A stretch of DNA of 64,000 nucleotides from Longimicrobiales bacterium (lineage in GTDB: Bacteria; Gemmatimonadota; Gemmatimonadetes; Longimicrobiales; Gaopeijiaceae). Position numbers and translations under genes: made by a program. Where the stretch lies: the NCBI GenBank assembly GCA_041690395.1, contig JAWLHJ010000006.1, positions 134,530 through 198,529 on the forward strand. The letters are read 5' to 3'. Positions 57,177 to 64,000 of the stretch are shown here, one piece after another; positions within the stretch are counted from its first letter, which is position 1; every line of letters starts with the position of its first letter. The notes beneath the pieces were generated by a model. That model was given only the letters and a program-made list of their open reading frames with translations. It made no database searches and was not told where the DNA came from.

Positions 57177-59363
57177 TTACTTCACGAACAGCATGTCGCG
57201 GTACGTCGGAACCGGCCAGTAGTCGTCCGGAACCACGCGCTCGAGCCGATCCACGACGTCACGGACCTCGGTGAGCGCCGGAATGATGTTGTTCCGCATG
57301 TGCTCGGCCTTCGACACCACGTCGTCGCCACCCAGCTCCTGATTCTGCTCGGCCAGGACCCCGACCTTCTGCGTCAGCCGGTCGATGAGCTCGTTCACCC
57401 GACGCGCGGTCGTGAGCACGCCCTCGGCGACCATGCCGAGGTCGTCGGCGCTCTCGGCCGTCTGGAGCAGGTCGCTCAGGTACCGCTGGGCCGCCGGCAG
57501 ATACATGGTCTGCGCCATGTGCTGTCCGGTCTCGCCCTCGATGTTGATCGTCATGAAGAACTGCTCCACGAAGATCTCGTAGCGGGACTCCAGCTCGCGC
57601 GCCGACAGGACGCCGTACTTCTCGAAGAGCGCCGCGTTCTTCTCGGCCACCAGGTGCGGAAGGGCGTCCATCGCCGTCTTGAGGTTGAGCAGCCCTCTAC
57701 GCTCCGCCTCTTCGACCCACTCCTGAGAGTAGTTGTCGCCGTTGAAGATGATGTGCTTGAACTCGTGGATCTCCTCCGCCAACAGCGTGCGAAGGGCGTC
57801 CTCGAAGGCGGTACCCTTCTCCAGCGCCCCCTCGAGCTTCGTGCTCAGGTCGTCGATGGCCTCCGCGACGATCGTGTTCAGGACCGTCGCCGGACCCGAC
57901 ACGCTCTGCGACGACCCCACGGCCCGGAACTCCCACTTGTTACCGGTGAACGCGAACGGCGAGGTCCGGTTCCGGTCGCCCGCGTGCTTCGGGAGCTTCG
58001 GGAGCGCGTCGACGCCGAGACCGAGCAGTCCCGACTTCTTGCTGGTCTTGGCCTCGCCAGCCTTCTCGATCTGCTCGAAGATGTCGTGCAGCTGGTCACC
58101 GCAGAACGCCGAGATGATCGCCGGCGGCGCTTCGTTGGCGCCAAGACGGTGGTCGTTCCCGGCATGGGCGATGCTGGCCCGCAGCAGGTCCTGGTGCTTG
58201 GCCACGGCCTTGAGGACCGCGGACGTGAAGAACAGGAACTGGATGTTCTCGTGCGGCGTCTCGCCCGGCTCGAGCAGGTTCTGCTCGCTGGTGCCGAACG
58301 ACCAGTTGAGGTGCTTGCCACTTCCGTTCACGCCCTGGAACGGCTTCTCGTGCAGCAGGCACACGAGGCCGTACTTCCGGGCCACGCGCCGCAGCGTCGA
58401 CATCATGAGCTGCTGATGGTCGGCCGCCTGGTTCGCGTCCTCGAAGATCGGCGCCATCTCGTACTGACCGGGCGCGACCTCGTTGTGTCGCGTCGTCACC
58501 GGGATCCCGATCTTGTAGAGCTCGAACTCGACTTCGTTCATGTACTCGAGCACACGCGCCGGAATCGAGCCGAAATAGTGGTCGTCCATCTCCTGACCCT
58601 TCGGCGGTCTCGTACCGAACAGGGTACGGCCGGACGTCATCAGGTCGGGCCGGCGGTAGAAGAACTCCTCGTCGATGAGGAAGAACTCCTGCTCCGGGCC
58701 ACAGGTGGCGCGGACCGCCAGGGGCGGCGAGCCGAAGAGCTCGAGGGCGCGGCGTGCCTGCTTGTCCAGCGCATGGATCGAGCGGAGGAGCGGCGTCTTC
58801 TTGTCGAGCGCGTCGCCCGTCCAGGAAGCGAACGCCGTCGGAATGCACAGGTAGGCTCCGCCGGGTCCCTCCATGAGGAACGCGGGGGACGTCGGATCCC
58901 AGGCGGTATAGCCGCGGGCTTCGAACGTGGCGCGAAGGCCGCCGGACGGGAACGAAGATGCGTCGGGCTCGCCCTGGACCAGAGCAGCCCCGGTGAACTC
59001 CGTGATGGCTCGCCCGTCACCGGTCGGCTTCACGAACGAGTCGTGCTTCTCGGCCGTGAGGCCGGTCAGCGGCTGGAACCAATGCGTGAAGTGCGTGGCG
59101 CCCTTCTCCAAAGCCCAGTCCTTCATCGCGATCGCGACGGCGTCGGCCACCGACGGGTCGAGCTCCGTGCCGTTCTGGATAGTCGCGAGAAGCGCCTTGT
59201 ACTGGGGCTTCGGGAGGCGGGACTTCATCTGGTGGAGGCCGAAGAGGTTCTCCCCGAAGACCTCCTCGAGGTCGATCCGCTTGTGCGGAGCGCCGTTCTC
59301 CTGAGGCGTGGGAGTGTACTTCGCTGCGGCCAGCGTATCGAAGCGTGGGGTGGTCCTGGGCAT
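57177..59363 (-). CDS. glnA: Glutamine synthetase type III
   Basis: 728 aa; [64 protein letters not shown]. Confidence 0.96.
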   Translation of the reverse strand: MPRTTPRFDTLAAAKYTPTPQENGAPHKRIDLEEVFGENLFGLHQMKSRLPKPQYKALLATIQNGTELDPSVADAVAIAMKDWALEKGATHFTHWFQPLTGLTAEKHDSFVKPTGDGRAITEFTGAALVQGEPDASSFPSGGLRATFEARGYTAWDPTSPAFLMEGPGGAYLCIPTAFASWTGDALDKKTPLLRSIHALDKQARRALELFGSPPLAVRATCGPEQEFFLIDEEFFYRRPDLMTSGRTLFGTRPPKGQEMDDHYFGSIPARVLEYMNEVEFELYKIGIPVTTRHNEVAPGQYEMAPIFEDANQAADHQQLMMSTLRRVARKYGLVCLLHEKPFQGVNGSGKHLNWSFGTSEQNLLEPGETPHENIQFLFFTSAVLKAVAKHQDLLRASIAHAGNDHRLGANEAPPAIISAFCGDQLHDIFEQIEKAGEAKTSKKSGLLGLGVDALPKLPKHAGDRNRTSPFAFTGNKWEFRAVGSSQSVSGPATVLNTIVAEAIDDLSTKLEGALEKGTAFEDALRTLLAEEIHEFKHIIFNGDNYSQEWVEEAERRGLLNLKTAMDALPHLVAEKNAALFEKYGVLSARELESRYEIFVEQFFMTINIEGETGQHMAQTMYLPAAQRYLSDLLQTAESADDLGMVAEGVLTTARRVNELIDRLTQKVGVLAEQNQELGGDDVVSKAEHMRNNIIPALTEVRDVVDRLERVVPDDYWPVPTYRDMLFVK

Positions 59364-59491
59364 GTGGCGTACCTCTTGGTGCTTTGGGGTGTGTCAAGAC
59401 GTGAAGCTGACGCCTCGCACCCCGAACCTCAAGGCACAACTAGCGAAATATCGTTACGCTAATTTATCTTACGCTAATGACAGCCTCAGAC

Positions 59492-60946
59492 ATGCACGGT
59501 GTCTTTCACGGGCGCAGCCGTGAAACCGGACGCCTTCGGTCCAGCTGTGACGCTCTCGAAGCATCGTTGCTGCGCGTCGGGGGGATGCGCGGCGTCGGGA
59601 AGTCGGCGCTGGTCCTGAGGGCCCTGCGGGACTTCGACCACCTCGTGGTCCGGATCCCGGCGCTTCCGGCCCCGTTCCAGCGGACCGCCCTCCGACGCGC
59701 ACTGAGGGAGCAGGAAGGCGCCGCGCGCCGGTCGGACGCGGGAGACGAGTCGGCCGACGCGGCCGACGCCATCAACGAGGCACCGTCCTGGGAAGAGCTC
59801 TTCACCCGCGCCGCGTCGCGGGCCCGCCCGGGTCGACCACCCTACGTGCTCGTGCTCGACGACTGCCACCGCCTCTCGGAGTCCCGAGCCCGGTTCGAGC
59901 GCCCCCTCCTTGCGTGCCTGCACCGTGCCCGAGCAGAGCACCGGCCCTTTCACGTGATCCTGGTCGGGCCGGACACGCCCGGAGACGGCTCGCCGATCGA
60001 GGACGACCCCACCTTCGGGGACGCCGAGACCATCACGTTGGCGCCGCTCCCGTTCCGCGCCGCGCAACCGATGCTCCCGCGAGGCACTCCGCGCGACATG
60101 ACTCGTGCCTACGGCGTGCTCGGCGGGATTCCCCGCGTGCTCGAGGCCGTCGACCGCGACGTCACGCTCGAAACCAACATCCGCCGGATGACCCTCGATT
60201 CCGGAGCGCCCTTCGCGGACGTCCCCGCCCGGTGGCTCGAGCGCGATCTCCAGACCCCGAGCAGGTACAATGCCGTCCTGGCCCGGCTCGCGCTCGGCGA
60301 ATGCGACTGGGGGGCGCTGCACCAGGCGGTGCCCGATCTGACGTCGAGTGGCCAGCTCGCTCCGTACGTCCGTCGACTCGAGGAGCTCGGTCTCGTGGAG
60401 GTGCGTCGCTCCCTCGACGCGGCGCCGACGAGTCGAGCTCGCCGCTACCAGATCGCGGACCCCTTTCTCGCGTTCTGGTACCGCTTCATTCACCCGCTCC
60501 CCTATGCGCCACCCGGCTCACGTGACCGCGCGGAGGTCGTCGTGCGCGATATCCGGCGTCGCCTCGACCCGCACCTCGAGCACGTGTTCCCCCTCATCTG
60601 CCGCCAGCACATGGAACACGACGCGATCGGGACCCTCGGAGCCAACGCCCGGGAGCTGGGTAGCCTCTGGGCAACGCGGTACGACATTCCTGTCGCGGGG
60701 ATCCTCACGTCTGGCGCCGCATTCTACGGTGGCTGTCTCTGGCGGGCGCCTCAACGGGGAGAAGATCCGCTCGGCCCTCTGGACCTGTCCGCCCGCGAGA
60801 CGCGCTACGGCTTCGGGCGAGAGCACCGCCTCCGCATCCTTTTCACCAGCACACCGCCACCCCGGTGGCTGGAGCGAGCGGTCATGCGCGGCGAACAGGC
60901 GATGCTGCTCGGGCCCGACCAGCTCGTCGGTACGTCCGTGGAGTGA
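59492..60946 (+). CDS. Archaeal-ATPase-like AAA protein with wHTH and DUF234-like C-terminus
   Basis: FHGR..E, GMRGVGKS, VLVLDD, YGVLGGIP, YQIADPFLAFWYRF. Confidence 0.82.
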   Translation: MHGVFHGRSRETGRLRSSCDALEASLLRVGGMRGVGKSALVLRALRDFDHLVVRIPALPAPFQRTALRRALREQEGAARRSDAGDESADAADAINEAPSWEELFTRAASRARPGRPPYVLVLDDCHRLSESRARFERPLLACLHRARAEHRPFHVILVGPDTPGDGSPIEDDPTFGDAETITLAPLPFRAAQPMLPRGTPRDMTRAYGVLGGIPRVLEAVDRDVTLETNIRRMTLDSGAPFADVPARWLERDLQTPSRYNAVLARLALGECDWGALHQAVPDLTSSGQLAPYVRRLEELGLVEVRRSLDAAPTSRARRYQIADPFLAFWYRFIHPLPYAPPGSRDRAEVVVRDIRRRLDPHLEHVFPLICRQHMEHDAIGTLGANARELGSLWATRYDIPVAGILTSGAAFYGGCLWRAPQRGEDPLGPLDLSARETRYGFGREHRLRILFTSTPPPRWLERAVMRGEQAMLLGPDQLVGTSVE

Positions 60947-60953
60947 CCCGGAT

Positions 60954-62498
60954 CTAGACCGGCTGTCTTTCCGAAGTCCTGGTGGCGACCGGGGGAAAGC
61001 GCACGTGGAAGGTCGTTCCATGACCCGGCTCGCTTTCCACGTGGATCGTGCCACCGCTCTGCTTGACGATCCCATAGGACGTGGCGAGCCCGAGCCCGGT
61101 CCCGCCGCGCTCACGGCGTGTGGTGAAGAACGGCTCGAAGATCCGGAGTCGGGTGTCTTCGTCCATGCCGATTCCGGTGTCGGCAAAGGTGATCGCCACA
61201 TGGCGGCCGGGCGTGAGCCCGGGCCACCTGGATGCCGTACGGAGATCGACGTGCTCCATGAAGCTCCGTACGGTCACGACGCCTCCGTTCGGCATGGCGT
61301 CCCGCGCGTTGGCCGCGAGGTTCAGCACGACCTGCTCGAGCTGGGTGGGATCGACGCGAACCCGTGGCAAGTCGTCCTCGAGCTCCATGACGAGCTGGAC
61401 GTCGTCGCGCAGAAGCCGGCCCAGGAGGCGCTCGAGCCGACCGAGGGAGTCGGAGACGTCCACCAGTAAGGGCTTCAGGAGCTGCTCCCGGCTGAACGCG
61501 AGCAGCTGTTTGGTGAGCTCCGCACCTCGCACCGCGGCGTTGCGGATCAGCTCCACCTCCTCGGCCCACTCGCTCTCTTCCGGCAGATCGAGGAGAAGCA
61601 GGTCCGACTGACCGACGATCACGGTGAGCAGGTTGTTGAAGTCGTGCGCGATGCCACCGGCGAGGCGTCCGACCGCCTCCATCTTCTGCGCCTGCCGGAG
61701 CTGCTCCTGGAGATTCCTGCGATGGGTGATGTCACCGGCGACCCCGAGCACATGATGGGCGGCGCCTGTCTCGTCACGAACGGGGAACGCCCGGTCCCAG
61801 ATCCAACGCACGCTGCCGTCGGGCGTCACGATGCGGTACTCCTCGTCGTATCCCCCCTCCCCCTGACGCAGAACCGCCTCACTCACACGATCGACGTCGT
61901 CCGGGTGGATCGAGTCGAGCCAGACGCTCCGGTCGTCGAGGAGCTCTCGCGCGTCGCGGCCCCACACTCGCTCGAAGGCCGGACTGACGTACTCGATCGT
62001 GCGCCCGTCCGGCGCCATCACCCAGAAGACGTCCTGAACGTGCTCGGCGATCTCCCGAAACCGCTCCTCGCTCTCGCGGAGCCTCCGCTCGGCGCGCGCC
62101 TGCTCCGAGACGTCGCGCACCACGCTCACCGCGCCTCCCGCGAGTCCCGCCTCCAGGTCCAACAGCGTGACGGTCTGCTGGGCCTCGAACACCGTCCCGT
62201 CACGACGTCGCATCGGGACGCTCGCACGGTAGGTGCCGCCCTGGACGAGAACCTCCTGACTCCCCGCCCCGAAGTTCTCGAAGCGATCTCGCGAGACATG
62301 AAGGACCGCCGTCGACCGGCCGACGAGCTCTTCGCGACTCCACCCGAAGATGGTCTCGGCGGCCCGATTCGCCTCCACCACCGTCCGGTGGTCATCACCC
62401 TTGATGATGAGCACCGCCTCGGAGAGGTTCGCGAAGGTCCTCTCGAGAAGCCGAAGCGTATCCGCCAGGCGGCCGCTCGGAGCGCCTTGCTCGTTCAT
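60954..62498 (-). CDS. Cytoplasmic PAS-PAS sensor histidine kinase
   Basis: Two PAS/PAC domains, [44 protein letters not shown]; no receiver domain. Confidence 0.93.
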   Translation of the reverse strand: MNEQGAPSGRLADTLRLLERTFANLSEAVLIIKGDDHRTVVEANRAAETIFGWSREELVGRSTAVLHVSRDRFENFGAGSQEVLVQGGTYRASVPMRRRDGTVFEAQQTVTLLDLEAGLAGGAVSVVRDVSEQARAERRLRESEERFREIAEHVQDVFWVMAPDGRTIEYVSPAFERVWGRDARELLDDRSVWLDSIHPDDVDRVSEAVLRQGEGGYDEEYRIVTPDGSVRWIWDRAFPVRDETGAAHHVLGVAGDITHRRNLQEQLRQAQKMEAVGRLAGGIAHDFNNLLTVIVGQSDLLLLDLPEESEWAEEVELIRNAAVRGAELTKQLLAFSREQLLKPLLVDVSDSLGRLERLLGRLLRDDVQLVMELEDDLPRVRVDPTQLEQVVLNLAANARDAMPNGGVVTVRSFMEHVDLRTASRWPGLTPGRHVAITFADTGIGMDEDTRLRIFEPFFTTRRERGGTGLGLATSYGIVKQSGGTIHVESEPGHGTTFHVRFPPVATRTSERQPV

Positions 62499-62618
62499 GT
62501 CTCCACCGGGGTGGACTCGTTCACTCTCACCCCATGCGGGAGCGGGTCTCGGAAGCAGGTGACGCAACATGGGCCGCATCGGAAGGGAGGGGCAACAATT
62601 GCGCACCGACCTTCGGCC

Positions 62619-63107
62619 TCATTCTGCTGCTCCCGGGCCGAAGACGACGTTCCTCGCGTGCTCGTAGATCAGCGACGTCTCCACGTGCGCGACCTCCGGC
62701 CGCGAGGTGAACGCATCGAGGATGAGCTCACGCAGGGCGTCGGAATCCCGGACCGCGACGTGCACGAGAAAGTCGTTCGCGCCGGCTACGTGAAAGACCG
62801 AAACCGCCTGATCGAGCGTGAGCATGCTCTTCCGGAAAGCTTCGAACGCCTTGCGCGTGTGTCGCGCCAGGCGAACGGCCACGAGTGCCTGCAGGTCGAC
62901 CCCGACGGCCCAGAGCTCGAGCTCGGCGTGGAATCCCCGAATGACACCGGAGGCGACGAGCCTCCGCACCCGCTCCAGGCACGTCGATTCGGCCACACCC
63001 ACCCGTTTCGCCAGATCCTTGTTGGTGATCCTCGCATTCTGCTGCAAGGCTGCCAGAATCTCGTGGTCGATTCGGTCGAGATCGGCTACATCGGTCTTGG
63101 AGCGCAT
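62619..63107 (-). CDS. Lrp/AsnC-family regulator
   Basis: LDRIDHEIL..LQQNARI, STCLERVRRL..SGVI, AGANDF. Confidence 0.93.
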   Translation of the reverse strand: MRSKTDVADLDRIDHEILAALQQNARITNKDLAKRVGVAESTCLERVRRLVASGVIRGFHAELELWAVGVDLQALVAVRLARHTRKAFEAFRKSMLTLDQAVSVFHVAGANDFLVHVAVRDSDALRELILDAFTSRPEVAHVETSLIYEHARNVVFGPGAAE

Positions 63108-63191
63108 GATCTTCGGATGATGTGACTATAAGTGACATCGCATTCTAGAATAATAGGGTGTCATCGATTCATATGCGACCAAGGAAGAGCC

Positions 63192-64000
63192 ATGGACGCC
63201 AGAGACCTCCATACCCTAGCGGTGCACGCCGGAAGAGAAGACTTCGTGGAGTTGGGTGTCCACGCCGCGCCGCTCGACCTGTCGTCGACCTATCCCGTCC
63301 CGGACCCGGATGCCGCCACGGTCGGCCTCGACCTGATGGTCGCCGGAGGCCGGCCGGTCGGTAATTCCGTATACGCTCGCCTCCACAATCCCACGGTGGC
63401 GCGCTTCGAGGACGCCCTCGCCGAGCTGGAGGGAACCGAAGCCGCGGTCGCGTACGCGTCCGGAATGGCCGCGATGACCGCCGCCCTGTTCGTCGCGGCG
63501 CAGGAGGGAAGACACGTCGTCGCCGTGCGTCCGCTCTACGGCAGCACCGATCATCTGCTCGCGTGCAAGCTTCTGGGCCTGGACGTCACGTTCGCCTCGG
63601 CTGACGGGGTGGCCGAGGCGGTGCGGCCGGACACGTCTCTGGTCGTCCTGGAAACGCCAGCGAATCCCACTTTGGACCTCGCCGACATCCGGGCCGTGTC
63701 CGAGGCCGCCGGCGACGTGCCACTCCTGGTGGACTCGACGTTCGCCACGCCCGTCCTCCAGCGTCCGCTCGAGCACGGTGCGACGCTCGTGCTGCACAGT
63801 GCGACCAAATTCCTGGGAGGACACGGCGACGTGATCGCCGGGGTTATCGCCACGGACGAGGCGACAGCGCGCAAGCTGCGTCAGATCCGCGTGCTCACGG
63901 GGGCGCTTCTGCACCCGCTGGCGGCATTCCTGCTTCTCCGTGGCCTTCCCACCCTTCCGCTACGCGTCGAACGGGCGCAGTCCACGGCCTCCGATCTCGC
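63192..64000 (+). CDS. Trans-sulfuration PLP enzyme (methionine gamma-lyase / cystathionine gamma-synthase family), truncated by the window end
   Basis: Not in the ORF track; manual translation gives [54 protein letters not shown]. Confidence 0.92.
   Translation, partial: MDARDLHTLAVHAGREDFVELGVHAAPLDLSSTYPVPDPDAATVGLDLMVAGGRPVGNSVYARLHNPTVARFEDALAELEGTEAAVAYASGMAAMTAALFVAAQEGRHVVAVRPLYGSTDHLLACKLLGLDVTFASADGVAEAVRPDTSLVVLETPANPTLDLADIRAVSEAAGDVPLLVDSTFATPVLQRPLEHGATLVLHSATKFLGGHGDVIAGVIATDEATARKLRQIRVLTGALLHPLAAFLLLRGLPTLPLRVERAQSTASDL

Noticed and set aside
62590..62610. Possible sigma54 promoter before the PAS kinase
   Set aside because: GG to GC spacing is not N10.

Overview
A very GC-rich bacterial chromosomal window, mostly housekeeping genes. 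The gene set resembles Gemmatimonadota or a related diderm lineage (inference, not a search result). In order: a pterin operon (PTPS-folE-SDR, cut by the window start), a 307-bp MITE-like element, a probable 6S RNA, nfo, fumC, two SDRs, trxB plus a ferredoxin-NADP reductase, AI-2E and mlaEFD, a site-2 protease, rho with a sigma70 promoter and C-rich leader, gdx/sugE behind a guanidine-II riboswitch, a DAK2-DegV fusion, thyX and a surface-glycan cluster. Then a sigma54-controlled chaperone-usher-like pilus locus with DUF4402-like subunits, ackA, a porin, tandem lipoproteins, namZ, addA and addB separated by an inverted two-gene cassette, glutamine synthetase III, a degenerate ATPase-DUF234 protein, a PAS histidine kinase, and an Lrp / methionine gamma-lyase-like divergon cut by the window end. 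The best candidate for an undescribed system is the pilus locus (33158-39715), with back-to-back sigma54 promoters, paired TGT-N11-ACA sites, its own enhancer-binding regulator and a divergent mini-pilin-like gene. No tRNA, rRNA, CRISPR array, transposase or prophage was seen. All product calls come from motif recognition by eye; no database search was run.
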